Virus record (IMG/VR): IMGVR_UViG_3300012987_000016
Span: 1-33,132 of that record
Reading direction: 5' to 3' (one strand)
Length of the DNA stretch: 33,132 bases
From: a virus
Lineage: Duplodnaviria; Caudoviricetes
Part shown: positions 1 through 9,122 of the stretch, piece by piece
Layout: every line of letters begins with the position of its first letter
How positions within the stretch are numbered: the stretch's first letter is position 1
Made by a program: the position numbers and the translations under genes
Notes under the pieces: model-generated
Told to the model about the DNA's origin: nothing
The model's database searches: none
Seen by the model: the letters and a program-made list of their open reading frames with translations, nothing else

Positions 1-737
1 AGAGTACCAGTGCCGCTCATGTTCAATGTCACGGTCAGTCCCAAAGCCTGAGTCAAGCTACTAGCGAAACGCATGATTTCCTGTGTCCCTGTCGTGCATC
101 CACTATTGCTGTATGTGCGCAGATAAACGGTGCCTGCTTGACCGCTTGCCAACGTCGATTGAGTGGCAATATCAACCGCATAAACAACCCATGCATCACG
201 TGTGGAACTCACTTGGAAACAAGTATTCAGTGAGCGAGTCATATAACTAAAGCTGCGAGTCGGCGATGTGCCTGCCGGACCTTGTGGGCCTTGTGGTCCG
301 ATCAGGGAAGTCAGCCATTGCGGCTGAGTGCCAGAGAAGCCATTATTGACGGCGACTTGATATGCGCTATCACCGGCCACGCCTTGATTACCCTGCGAGC
401 CTTGAATGCCTTGATTGCCCGTGTTTCCTTGTGGCCCCTGAATACCTTGAATGCCTTGTATACCCTGCGGACCTTGCGGACCAGTTGTCACAGGTACGTC
501 AATAACGCCACCGGAGATTACGAAAGCACCGCTCAGTTTCAAACAGCTTGGCGTAGCACCAGCGGAAATGGAATCCATCGAGGCCATGCAAGCCACAGTG
601 GTATCAGGCGGCATAAACTTGCTCAGATAAGCAGTATTTGCCGCGTTACGTTGATCAAGTCGCCAGGCGTAGGCAGTCTGCGCCTGCGCGGATACGCTAG
701 CAGCAATCAGCAAACCAAGTGCGATGATCTTTTTCAT
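1..737 (-). CDS. Collagen-like (Gly-X-Y) protein with N-terminal signal peptide, runs off the window edge; absent from the ORF track
   Basis: Own translation: RBS AGGAGA, then MKKIIALGLLIAASVSAQAQ...TTGPQGPQGIQGIQGIQGPQGNTGNQGIQGSQGNQGVAGDSAYQVAVNNGFSGTQPQWLTSLIGPQGPQGPAG... Open to position 1. The SAYxxAVxNGFxGTxxxWLxSL motif is typical of phage collagen-repeat proteins. Confidence 0.85.
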   Translation of the reverse strand, partial: MKKIIALGLLIAASVSAQAQTAYAWRLDQRNAANTAYLSKFMPPDTTVACMASMDSISAGATPSCLKLSGAFVISGGVIDVPVTTGPQGPQGIQGIQGIQGPQGNTGNQGIQGSQGNQGVAGDSAYQVAVNNGFSGTQPQWLTSLIGPQGPQGPAGTSPTRSFSYMTRSLNTCFQVSSTRDAWVVYAVDIATQSTLASGQAGTVYLRTYSNSGCTTGTQEIMRFASSLTQALGLTVTLNMSGTGT

Positions 738-745
738 GTGTTCTC

Positions 746-1060
746 CTAACAGTCTTCCAGAGGAACAACGTTGACCGTACCTGCTGCCGAGTCCTGAATA
801 GCTGCCACATTGGTATAACCACGTGGGCATTCCAGAATCAGAGATTCGCCAGGCACAACCATTGCATCAGTAGATAGCGCAGTCAGACCAACCGGGCCAA
901 TACGAACATGAGCATTTGCCGTGCAAGTAAAACGGTAATAGCGCGCCACTTCACCACTGGAAGCATTGGGCAGCGCAGACGATGCCGAAGCAGCGCCAGT
1001 CGTGATATTCACACCGGTTGCAGTGATCATCACGCTACTGGTATTTGTGGAGCGGTACAT
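746..1060 (-). CDS. Small beta-rich virion/structural protein (104 aa)
   Basis: RBS AAAGGA; T/A/V-rich composition; position in the head module. Confidence 0.6.
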   Translation of the reverse strand: MYRSTNTSSVMITATGVNITTGAASASSALPNASSGEVARYYRFTCTANAHVRIGPVGLTALSTDAMVVPGESLILECPRGYTNVAAIQDSAAGTVNVVPLEDC

Positions 1061-1075
1061 AGTTTATCCTTTGCT

Positions 1076-1099
1076 AAAAGACAGCCCCGAAGGGCTGCC
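1076..1099 (-). terminator. Intrinsic terminator with UUCG tetraloop
   Basis: Minus strand GGCAGCCC-TTCG-GGGCTGTC-TTTT just after the decoration-protein stop. Confidence 0.75.
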
Positions 1100-1106
1100 A
1101 TGCTGA

Positions 1107-1574
1107 TCAGATCAGATAGTAGTGAATGTAGATGTTCGACACCAAGCCTGCAGTAGTAGCAGAACCCGTCGCAGTCACGAACTGAGAAGTCGTCATTTTC
1201 TGAACAGACTTGCCGTTAGCACCTTTGTCGTCAATGTTATTGACCACTTTTTCAGTACCACCAATCGCATAAGTATCGATCAGATTCGCACTGGAAGTTG
1301 TGCCATTGGCTGCTGTACCGATGCTTACGTTTGCCGCACCAGTCGATTTCGTCAGAACGTCTACCTCAATACGGTCAATGATGATCGCGCTGTTTTCTGG
1401 ATTAGCCCATGCAAGCAAGCCGCCGCCAGAAGTAGAAGCAACGCCATTCATGGCAACCTTAGCAATCTTCATATTGGCAGCACCAGTGCCGCCAACTTTG
1501 AAGATCTCCGACGAAGTATCGTCTTCGACAAATGCCATGCCGCCATCAGAACGCTGTACTATATTTGTTCCCAT
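1107..1574 (-). CDS. Probable head decoration/cement protein (155 aa)
   Basis: Directly after the major capsid gene; strong RBS AAAGGAGG; G/A/T/S-rich beta protein. Confidence 0.6.
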   Translation of the reverse strand: MGTNIVQRSDGGMAFVEDDTSSEIFKVGGTGAANMKIAKVAMNGVASTSGGGLLAWANPENSAIIIDRIEVDVLTKSTGAANVSIGTAANGTTSSANLIDTYAIGGTEKVVNNIDDKGANGKSVQKMTTSQFVTATGSATTAGLVSNIYIHYYLI

Positions 1575-1592
1575 AATGTCCTCCTTTATTAG

Positions 1593-1610
1593 TCGGGGCC
1601 GAAGCCCCGA
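1593..1610 (-). promoter_or_regulatory. cUUCGg stem-loop after the major capsid gene (no U tract; mRNA stabiliser or weak terminator)
   Basis: TCGGGGC-TTCG-GCCCCGA on the minus strand. Confidence 0.6.
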
Positions 1611-1619
1611 ACAGATTAA

Positions 1620-2546
1620 TTACAGGATATCGGCGATCAGGCCATTACCATTCGGATTGCGAGCTTCAAGCGTATACTCGCCCAACAGTTGACGGCGGAT
1701 GCTATCGCCAGTCTTCGCCAGTTCCCAAGAGGTGATCGGACGTAGCCAGGAAACGGCCCACAGCGACGTATCCAGCACCCATACATCGCGAGCGCGTTGG
1801 AAGCGGTTAGGAACGGCCTTCAGCGTTCCGAAGTCGCTCACATAAACGTCAACCGCTGCGGTAACTTCCTTGTCTTCAGCCTTGTCAAAGCGAGTCGCAT
1901 TGCCAGTGAAGGTCGAGAAAGTCTGCTTAGCCAGCGGGCCGAGCATGATCACGTTAGGATTGCCACCGCTGGTGTAGACCTTCTGCGCTACATCTTTCAG
2001 CAGAGCTTCAGTGAAAGCACGCTGGGTACCGTCAGTCTGAGCAACGTTGGTGATGAAGTTCGGAGCCACATAGCCAGCACCTGCGTTAGTGTTGGCAGCT
2101 ACAGCCCAACCCACCAGGCCACGAGAACGACGCGGAGCAGTAGCGGTGACGTTGTTCTGAGTCAGACCTACCTCAATGTCACGCTTCAGCTCTTTCGACT
2201 TCAACGCCATCTGGTAAGCCATTTCAGAATCACGGCCAGCTTTGTCCACCGATTCCTGAGTGCCGGCAACCGACACGGTTTTGGACGAAATCTGAGTGCG
2301 GTTACCCAGACGAACAGTTGGCGTAACAGCCACGGCTACAGCGTCATCGCCTTCAGCCTGTTCGTTGTTGGCAGCAGCAGCCAGGTCTTGGGTTTGCCAT
2401 TCATGCAGAGTCGCAGTAGCTTTGCCTTTAGCGATCATGCTGAAGAATGGCGTTTCAGTTGGAGCGATGTTGTAAATAACATCGGTCAAGTCCTCACGAT
2501 TACCAATCGCGGCGGTCGTGAGGAAAGTATTGGTTGGTGCAGTCAT
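1620..2546 (-). CDS. Major capsid protein (DUF5309/SU10-like)
   Basis: GNREDLTDVIYNIAPTETPF, HEWQTQDL, RLGNRTQIS, YVSDFGTL, LAKTGD, EYTLEARNP motifs; follows the scaffold gene. Confidence 0.92.
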   Translation of the reverse strand: MTAPTNTFLTTAAIGNREDLTDVIYNIAPTETPFFSMIAKGKATATLHEWQTQDLAAAANNEQAEGDDAVAVAVTPTVRLGNRTQISSKTVSVAGTQESVDKAGRDSEMAYQMALKSKELKRDIEVGLTQNNVTATAPRRSRGLVGWAVAANTNAGAGYVAPNFITNVAQTDGTQRAFTEALLKDVAQKVYTSGGNPNVIMLGPLAKQTFSTFTGNATRFDKAEDKEVTAAVDVYVSDFGTLKAVPNRFQRARDVWVLDTSLWAVSWLRPITSWELAKTGDSIRRQLLGEYTLEARNPNGNGLIADIL

Positions 2547-2564
2547 TGCAATCTCCTTTGCGCT

Positions 2565-3596
2565 TTAGCGCAGAACTTGTAGAAACGCTGCCGCTGCGTC
2601 ATCGAGAGAACCGGAACGTGCCAAGTTCTTCATTGCTGCCGTACGGCCATCAGTTGGTTTTACTTCCGCGACACCAGGGCGCTCTACCTTAGTAGGCGCA
2701 GCGTTGACTTTCTTACCCGCAGTCGCAGCGCGGGCCAGCAAGTCACGGTATTTCATGGCGTCATTAGCAAGCAGCATTACGCGAGCATCAAGCACCATGG
2801 GGCCATCATTCGCATTGAATCCGCGCTCGCCCATGAAAGTCTCAAGTGTCTCAAGACCTGCTTTCATCTTCGCCGCATCTTTCCACTCAGGCAGCTTGTC
2901 AAGCAACGCTTGGTGCTGGTTCTGAAGGTATTGGCGGTGAGATTGCTCTCGTTCCTGCTGATGCTCCTGATTAATGCGCTGCAGTTCCTGATATGCTGCC
3001 TGGGATTGCTGCTGGCGTGCTTCTTTGCCTTGCGTGTAGACGAGATAGCCGACAGGGTCGGATTCAATCATGTCTTGCGTCCATGGCGTCTGCTGCTGCT
3101 CAACGTGCTGATTTACCATCAGGATTTGCTGCAGGTTCTGCGCATAAACATCACGCTCGGTCTTTGCTTTTTGAATCTCCGACTCAGCAGCCTTGCGAGT
3201 TTCTGCTACTTCCTGAGTCTTTTGCGTATAGTCCTTTTGACGCAGACCGCTCTTGTGCAGTTCTGCCAGTTCAGTCTTGGTCAAAGTGACTGGCTTACCA
3301 TCGACTTCAAACGTTACTGCCTCATCGGCAGGCGCCTGAGCTTCCTGGCTAGCCTGTTGCTCGCCATCTTTCTGCTGATTTTGGTTGGCGTTTGCTTCTT
3401 CCGAAACAAGACGCTCCGCAGCAGCTTCTGGCGATTCTTCTTTAGGCGGTTCAGCTTGTGCAGGAGACGGATCACCACCACCGAGATAGGATGCGAACGA
3501 AGCCATAGCCCCGCTCATACCGCCATCACCAGCTTCAGTAGCGCCATCGCGATAAACCTTGCCGCGAGCCAGAATTGCCTTCAGATACCTATTCAT
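2565..3596 (-). CDS. Capsid scaffolding protein
   Basis: Acidic/Q-rich; VDGKPVTLT-EL-KSGLRQKDYTQKTQ motif; lies between portal and capsid genes. Confidence 0.88.
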   Translation of the reverse strand: MNRYLKAILARGKVYRDGATEAGDGGMSGAMASFASYLGGGDPSPAQAEPPKEESPEAAAERLVSEEANANQNQQKDGEQQASQEAQAPADEAVTFEVDGKPVTLTKTELAELHKSGLRQKDYTQKTQEVAETRKAAESEIQKAKTERDVYAQNLQQILMVNQHVEQQQTPWTQDMIESDPVGYLVYTQGKEARQQQSQAAYQELQRINQEHQQEREQSHRQYLQNQHQALLDKLPEWKDAAKMKAGLETLETFMGERGFNANDGPMVLDARVMLLANDAMKYRDLLARAATAGKKVNAAPTKVERPGVAEVKPTDGRTAAMKNLARSGSLDDAAAAFLQVLR

Positions 3597-3607
3597 GATT
3601 ACCTTTC

Positions 3608-3633
3608 TCGGGTTCCCTCACGGGATTATCCGA
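3608..3633 (-). promoter_or_regulatory. Structured leader motif CGGATAAT-hairpin-GAACCCG upstream of the scaffold RBS
   Basis: TCGGATAATCCCGTGAGGGAACCCGA; the same motif recurs before terS (8218-8244). Confidence 0.55.
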
Positions 3634-3643
3634 ACAGCTTTGG

Positions 3644-3994
3644 TTAAACTTCGATTACTTCACCAGTGGTCAACTGGTATGCAGCTTTGCCTTGCTTCAC
3701 TTCAATGCCCGATCCATTCTTTGCATGGATCAGATGAACTTTCGCCTCAGGATGCCAAATGCGTACTACATGGCCGTCTTCAGCATGAGCGATCGAAACT
3801 AGCTCATCAAAACTCACCAGCCCAAAGTTTGTTTGGCTCGATCCTTCAGCGTCTGCTGATGTTTCAATCCTTCCTTCGCCAATCGGCCCGTCTCCAGGCT
3901 CGTGCGAAGCGTCACTTCCAATTTGTCCGCCAACTTCAGTAGCTGAAATAGCTTTTCGCGGCCTTCCTGGTCCCTTGCGGGGCTGTTCGTCCAT
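3644..3994 (-). CDS. Hypothetical protein with N-terminal AT-hook-like motif; overlaps the upstream ORF by 181 nt (alternative GTG start near 3817)
   Basis: MDEQPRKGPGRPRK; AGGAG RBS upstream of the ATG. Confidence 0.55.
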   Translation of the reverse strand: MDEQPRKGPGRPRKAISATEVGGQIGSDASHEPGDGPIGEGRIETSADAEGSSQTNFGLVSFDELVSIAHAEDGHVVRIWHPEAKVHLIHAKNGSGIEVKQGKAAYQLTTGEVIEV

Positions 3995-4104
3995 GATTCG
4001 GTAATCTCCTGTTTGATATCTGCAAGCGCCTGCTCAAATGCCGGATTCTCAAGCACTAATCGAGCCTGGTCAGCGTCATAAATGCGTTGTTCTGGCGATT
4101 TCAT
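3814..4104 (-). CDS. Small helical head-module protein downstream of portal (96 aa)
   Basis: ATGA-coupled to the portal stop; A-LVLENPAF...W-NSP-RD-EGREKL pattern seen in this position in P22-like podoviruses. Confidence 0.75.
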   Translation of the reverse strand: MKSPEQRIYDADQARLVLENPAFEQALADIKQEITESWTNSPARDQEGREKLFQLLKLADKLEVTLRTSLETGRLAKEGLKHQQTLKDRAKQTLGW

Positions 4105-6410
4105 TGTGCTGATCCCAAATTGGCGTTATCTTCTGCTGCTTGCAGGGTTGGATCGTTGATCTGTTTCGCGCTGATCTGCGCGGCAACGATCTTGGTCTGT
4201 GCATCCAAATCAGCCTTGTATGTATCTGCTGCAATGCGTTGACGTTCGATATCCAAGCGCTGCAATTCCTGCTCATGTGCGTAAGCTGCTTGTTGAGCAT
4301 CGAGTTCGGCCTGCTGACGTACACGCAATGCCTGCTGTTCTGCTTCCAATTGCTGACGATTGCGATCAACTTCCATCTGAGCATTGGCTTTGATGTTCGC
4401 CTCAGCGATTTGGGCTTGGCGATCGAGTTCTGCGTTCTGCTGTTTGAACTGCAGTTCCTGAGCGAATCGCTGCTGATCGAATTGCAGCTTCTGCATATTC
4501 GGGTCTGGCGCAGGCGGCTTAGGCGGCTGCTGCGCTGGGTCACTGAAGAACTGGCTAGCATCCTTGAATCCAAGTGCTTCTGCGAGTTTCACATTGGCAT
4601 TGAATAGATTCTGAGGCGTACTGATGCCAAGTTGCAGACCTTCAGCCTGCTTCTGGCTCAGTAATGCAAGATGATTGACCAATTGATCTTTGTTGCCAGT
4701 TCCCAACCCGACATTGATCGTCAGCGAGAACTGGTTTGTCCATTCGCGAGGATCAATCGTTACCCACTTGCCATTGAGCTTGATCTGTTCTGCCTTGTTC
4801 TGATACTGAGTGACCAGTTTCAGGATTTTGTTGCCCAAATCAGTAAAGCCAGTCTCAGCCATGTGACGGCTGATCAACTCGATACGCGAATCGGCCCGGT
4901 TGGTAATGATGTTCGCTTGCGTAGCTGTTTGCTGAAGCTGCAATCCATTGCCACCTTGTGTCTGTCGAGTCCAGCCGGTAGCCTCTTCTGCTGCCTGTTG
5001 ATGCCATTCCAGAAGTTGCAGAGCAGTTCCGATATCCCCTGTACCTTGATCCAGGCGTCCGACAGCGGTAGGCGACTTCACGCGCACCACGCCCCCAGGC
5101 GTAGAGTTCAGCAGATCATCGAGATTAACCTGATCGCCTACAGCGAAGTAACGACCATTCGTCTGCAGGTAGGTATTGTCGAGAGCAGCACGAAGCAGAG
5201 CTGTACGCACGCGCTGAGGCTCAATAGCCAAATCAGCGGGGCACAAACCATAGAACTGGTGAGGTAAAGGGATCGAGCCAAGATCAACGAAAGGATGGCC
5301 GTCACATTCTTCATTGGAGAAGATGTGATTACCAGCCTTCAGAACCTTGCGCCATTCCTGGATACCATCGCCGTCCCAATCTACTTTGACATAAGCCTCA
5401 AGCAACCAGACTTCACGCGATGCCGGGTCAGAAGTCTCATATCGCTGAGAGTTCTGGAACAAATCATGTTTGAACTGATCTGCTTCGATGCGGTCGACAT
5501 TGTTTTCAGAGATATCGACATCGCTTGGCAGGTTATCAGGGACTTGATAGCCGCAAGACTTCAGGTAGCTTACGCTTCGACGGAAGCGATGCGCACAGAA
5601 TGGCGACTCTTGCAGACGCAGAGTTTGCTTACTGGCGATGAATTCCCAAGGCGGCACATTCTCGATGCATAGTTTTCCGCCGTCTTTGACGCGCTTGCAA
5701 GTAACGTCATAAAGCTTTGGAACTGGCTGAGCCTGAACCTGCTGGAGTTGTTGCTGAAGTTGCTGGACAGCTTGAGCGTCTTCCTGATCCTGAACGCCAA
5801 TCTGCTGGGCCTGCTGAAGCGTCTGCGTCAATTGCTGAACAACCTTATCGCGCTGTTTAACAGCCTCTTCATCGTCATATGACTTCTGAGCGACAATCTC
5901 AATCTCAGGATCATCCAGCAAGATTGTGATCTGCTCAATGGTCTGGCCGCGATATTCCTCTTTCGTCTCGATCAGTGAGTCATCCCACCAGACTTTTACG
6001 ATGCCTTTCTTGACCTGCAGAGCGTCACGAATCCAGGTACTGATGACCTGATAGCCAGGGTTGCGCTTTCGCAACAGGTAGTTGACGTAATCGGAGACTA
6101 ATGGCGCCTGTTCGGCATCCTGTGGCTTGGTTTCCTCGAACTCAAAGACGTTTTCTGTCCCGCAGAATGTCTTGATGAGCGGCGCTTCCATGCCGAGAAC
6201 AGTATCGCGAACAGTTGTATCCACCACACGCGAACGCCCATCGATATCAGGAGGCGAGAGATCACCAATCGGGCGAGCGAAGAAGTAAGCTTCATTTCGT
6301 GCGCGTTCTGCCTCAAGCTGGCCTTCGCCGTAGCCATAAGACTGATTCGCTTCCATATCAATGAGAGCAATCAGATCGTCTTCGGACAGGCGTGGTTGTT
6401 TAGTGGCCAT
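4101..6410 (-). CDS. Portal protein (P22-like, with long Q-rich C-terminal coiled coil)
   Basis: GRSRVVDTTVRDTV, DALQVKKGIVKVWWD, HPFVDLGSIPLPHQFYG, INVGLGTG motifs; downstream of terL. Confidence 0.93.
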   Translation of the reverse strand: MATKQPRLSEDDLIALIDMEANQSYGYGEGQLEAERARNEAYFFARPIGDLSPPDIDGRSRVVDTTVRDTVLGMEAPLIKTFCGTENVFEFEETKPQDAEQAPLVSDYVNYLLRKRNPGYQVISTWIRDALQVKKGIVKVWWDDSLIETKEEYRGQTIEQITILLDDPEIEIVAQKSYDDEEAVKQRDKVVQQLTQTLQQAQQIGVQDQEDAQAVQQLQQQLQQVQAQPVPKLYDVTCKRVKDGGKLCIENVPPWEFIASKQTLRLQESPFCAHRFRRSVSYLKSCGYQVPDNLPSDVDISENNVDRIEADQFKHDLFQNSQRYETSDPASREVWLLEAYVKVDWDGDGIQEWRKVLKAGNHIFSNEECDGHPFVDLGSIPLPHQFYGLCPADLAIEPQRVRTALLRAALDNTYLQTNGRYFAVGDQVNLDDLLNSTPGGVVRVKSPTAVGRLDQGTGDIGTALQLLEWHQQAAEEATGWTRQTQGGNGLQLQQTATQANIITNRADSRIELISRHMAETGFTDLGNKILKLVTQYQNKAEQIKLNGKWVTIDPREWTNQFSLTINVGLGTGNKDQLVNHLALLSQKQAEGLQLGISTPQNLFNANVKLAEALGFKDASQFFSDPAQQPPKPPAPDPNMQKLQFDQQRFAQELQFKQQNAELDRQAQIAEANIKANAQMEVDRNRQQLEAEQQALRVRQQAELDAQQAAYAHEQELQRLDIERQRIAADTYKADLDAQTKIVAAQISAKQINDPTLQAAEDNANLGSAQ

Positions 6411-6479
6411 GTTTAATGAGGACGCTTCGCAGCGGTGCCCATGTGAAAGTTACATTTCTCGCGATTCTACTACGAAATA

Positions 6480-6683
6480 TTAATCCGCATCCATTATTTC
6501 ATGTAGCCACGAAATTGGCACGAAATCATGCTCATGCTCGTTCTGATCTTCAGCTCTGATTAGCGCAATATTGCCAGAAATCTTCAAAACTTGGCATCTT
6601 TTCCCGTTGTGTCGCGCCTCCATGAGACAGGTTATGCCAGGGAATCGCGTATTAATGGAATATGGGACTTTGATCTTATGCAT
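6480..6683 (-). CDS. Small hypothetical protein (67 aa, MHKIKVPYS...) between terL and portal
   Basis: ATG overlaps the last terL codons; the longer start in the ORF track is less likely. Confidence 0.5.
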   Translation of the reverse strand: MHKIKVPYSINTRFPGITCLMEARHNGKRCQVLKISGNIALIRAEDQNEHEHDFVPISWLHEIMDAD

Positions 6684-7926
6684 AAGATAGCCGAGGAATG
6701 TTAAGCGTTCCGCCCCATGTTTCATTGCTCATGGAGTCAGCATTCACGCAGATGTAGCGCAAATTATCCGCACCATGGCTCCATTCATCGTGAAGCGGGC
6801 CACCAGGCTCATTCGTCTGTTGATTGATCGACCGACGGTAACGCTTGGCACATTGAACCAGACGCTCGCATTTCTCTTTATCGATGTACATCCTTGGGAA
6901 AGTCATGCGAACAAGCCGGATACCGTCTTCAATCGGGATATTAGGCGTGATTTCAACTTCCCATCCAAGCGCTTCCATGATTTCCTGGGCACTCTTGCCT
7001 GTCTTGAAGTCCTTATTGCGTCCATCATGCGGCAGATAGACTTTGCCCCAATTCAGATTCTTCTTCCGAAGTTCTGCTGAGTAGTGGTCAAGCGTTTTGT
7101 GCGAATCCTCGATGTATTCAATGACGCGCAGCTCGGAAGATTGCTTCTGAACTAGCGAAATGGCCATTGCATCATTCCAGCCCAAGTCGAATACAACCTG
7201 GACTTTGAGCATTGGGTCGTATGGGACATCACGGATTCGCTTGCTTTCCTCTGCAGAGGCCACCTCATCGTAATAGATGGCGCCAGCGACAGCCGGTAGA
7301 CATTTACCTTCCCAAATCTGCGCATAGCCTTTGGGATCGCGACGAAGCGTATCCAGACGCTCTGCTTCTAGGATATCTGTGAAAAATGGATTCTGATCGT
7401 AGTTGACCTGGATGATGACAGAGTTCTCTGGAGGATTCAGGACAAAGCGCTGATAAGTCTCATCGCTTTCCAATTCGGGATTGAACGTTACCCAAATCTC
7501 CGAGCCATCCTTACGAATGGTTGGCGTCAGAACGTCCCAAGATCGTTTAGAAACAGACTGGCCCTCTTCCACCCAGCAGATATCGCAGTTAGCGAATGAC
7601 TTGATGGATTCGACAGTATGACTAGCTAGTCCAGCGAAAACGAACAGTGTCCCATTCTTTCCGCGAATCTCTTTCTCTAGCGATTCGTAGAACGAACTAA
7701 AGCCCATTGCCTCGATTTCGTCATCTAGCAGGGCTTTAACGGAATCCTTGATGGACTTTTGAACTTCACGCGTGCAGAGAATGCGAAGCTTGTTCTGCAT
7801 TCCCATGATCAAGAGTGCTTTGACCACGTTGACGCTCTTGCCTGAGCCTCGGCCACCGTGAAGAATCTTGTAGCGCTTCGGCTCGAAGAGCGGAGCAAAG
7901 ATCTCTGGAATGCTGACTTCGCTCAT
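6676..7926 (-). CDS. terL: Terminase large subunit (PBSX/SPP1-type)
   Basis: Walker A HGGRGSGKS, CTREVQKSIKDS, WVEEGQ, PTIRK-GSEIWVTFNP, nuclease DLGWND and HDEWSHGAD. Confidence 0.96.
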   Translation of the reverse strand: MSEVSIPEIFAPLFEPKRYKILHGGRGSGKSVNVVKALLIMGMQNKLRILCTREVQKSIKDSVKALLDDEIEAMGFSSFYESLEKEIRGKNGTLFVFAGLASHTVESIKSFANCDICWVEEGQSVSKRSWDVLTPTIRKDGSEIWVTFNPELESDETYQRFVLNPPENSVIIQVNYDQNPFFTDILEAERLDTLRRDPKGYAQIWEGKCLPAVAGAIYYDEVASAEESKRIRDVPYDPMLKVQVVFDLGWNDAMAISLVQKQSSELRVIEYIEDSHKTLDHYSAELRKKNLNWGKVYLPHDGRNKDFKTGKSAQEIMEALGWEVEITPNIPIEDGIRLVRMTFPRMYIDKEKCERLVQCAKRYRRSINQQTNEPGGPLHDEWSHGADNLRYICVNADSMSNETWGGTLNIPRLSYA

Positions 7927-8210
7927 TTCTTGGCTTTTGCCCGAACGAAGTTCACTGTGATATTCGAATTGACGGTGTGCTCGCCATCATCGCCCGGTCC
8001 CAGAATCATCTGAGCCGCTTTGCCATCCATCCGATCACCAATCTCGCGGATAGCCATAATATTGCCCTCTTCGGCCATATCGATGAGTTTTTCTGCGATT
8101 GCACGCAGTTTTTTAGCATCAGATTGCACTAATGCACGACGAATTGTATCCGTCCATAACCGATTGGATTGACTAGAGTTTTTGTTACCTTTTGGAGCGC
8201 CTGCAGGCAT
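7923..8210 (-). CDS. terS: Terminase small subunit
   Basis: GAPKGNKN N-terminus, AIREIGDRMDGKA motif; ATGA-coupled to terL. Confidence 0.85.
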   Translation of the reverse strand: MPAGAPKGNKNSSQSNRLWTDTIRRALVQSDAKKLRAIAEKLIDMAEEGNIMAIREIGDRMDGKAAQMILGPGDDGEHTVNSNITVNFVRAKAKK

Positions 8211-8217
8211 ACAGTTT

Positions 8218-8244
8218 CCGGGTTCGCATTACGCAATTATCCGG
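8218..8244 (-). promoter_or_regulatory. Structured leader motif CGGATAAT-hairpin-GAACCCG upstream of terS
   Basis: CCGGATAATTGCGTAATGCGAACCCGG ending 7 nt before the ATG. Confidence 0.55.
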
Positions 8245-8257
8245 CCTCATGTAAGTT

Positions 8258-9073
8258 TTATGGAATGCGGCGGAAGAGAATGCCCTCCCATGAGCCGCTG
8301 AGAATAACGTTTGTATTGCTAGTATAACTGCATCGCAGTTGAAAGTCAGTTCCTGCAGTAACTAGGATACGTGTCTTGGGATCGAGATTCTTTGCTTGCG
8401 TGTCAGTTGCAGAAAGAGCACGAGGCATCCGAACTGGTGCTGTAGCTGCTGACCCCCTGAAATATAGAAGGCAGTCAGCACCACGCGCCGCTCCACCGGC
8501 TGATCCGTTTAGCTGCAGGTCGATATCGTAGATCAACAGCGAATGACCAGCAGGAACCGTATATTGGCTTCCCTTGCTTACTCCTGGCGACAGATCTGCA
8601 ACGCTAGAGATTGGGATAACCGATCGAACTGTACCGCCTCCAGCATCCCTTACGCTGATCGTGCCAGCATTGCGCAGACCAGAGCCAACAGCGCCTAGGC
8701 CGACAGAATTGATCCGATAATAGAGATTGGTCAGCGCGACAGCAGTAGTGCCATTCGTGGCTTTCGTCTCGGAGATTTCATTGCCTGCGAAGTCAAGGCC
8801 ATTGACTGTAACAGTCTGTGCGCCAGTTCCCGCAGCAGTATCATTTGCGCTCGTGGAAACAAATTCCATGGCGATTGCAGCACCACCAGTCACCCATGGG
8901 TAAATGCCGCCATTGGGCCAGATATCATTAGCTGCTACGCCAGAGCCTGCAATGGTTACTTGGCCCAATCCAGTTACTCGACGGATAATCGCGCCTGGTG
9001 CTGTGCCACCGTATAAACCTAATGAGATATCTGCGAGGATATCACTCTTAGTACTTGTGACGTATTCCGTCAT
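8258..9073 (-). CDS. G/A/T-rich putative virion (head-associated) protein placed upstream of terS
   Basis: STSANDTAAGTGAQTVTVNGLD and NGTTAV motifs of a recurrent phage structural family; RBS AGGAAGG. Confidence 0.55.
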   Translation of the reverse strand: MTEYVTSTKSDILADISLGLYGGTAPGAIIRRVTGLGQVTIAGSGVAANDIWPNGGIYPWVTGGAAIAMEFVSTSANDTAAGTGAQTVTVNGLDFAGNEISETKATNGTTAVALTNLYYRINSVGLGAVGSGLRNAGTISVRDAGGGTVRSVIPISSVADLSPGVSKGSQYTVPAGHSLLIYDIDLQLNGSAGGAARGADCLLYFRGSAATAPVRMPRALSATDTQAKNLDPKTRILVTAGTDFQLRCSYTSNTNVILSGSWEGILFRRIP

Positions 9074-9122
9074 GGTCTTGCCTTCCTATGAGCGCCATCA
9101 CGGCGGATCAATTGATGAGGCA

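Noticed and set aside
282-5672. Long plus-strand ORFs (282..749, 1122..1592, 1797..2582, 2910..3647, 4671..5267 and others)
   Set aside because: Antisense shadows of well-supported structural genes; no RBS or recognisable motifs.
5740-5860. Q-rich insertion and Q-rich C-terminus of the portal
   Set aside because: Low-complexity coiled-coil segments are common in P22-like portals.
6455-6495. Promoter upstream of portal (TAGAAT)
   Set aside because: Good -10 only; no credible -35 or extended -10.
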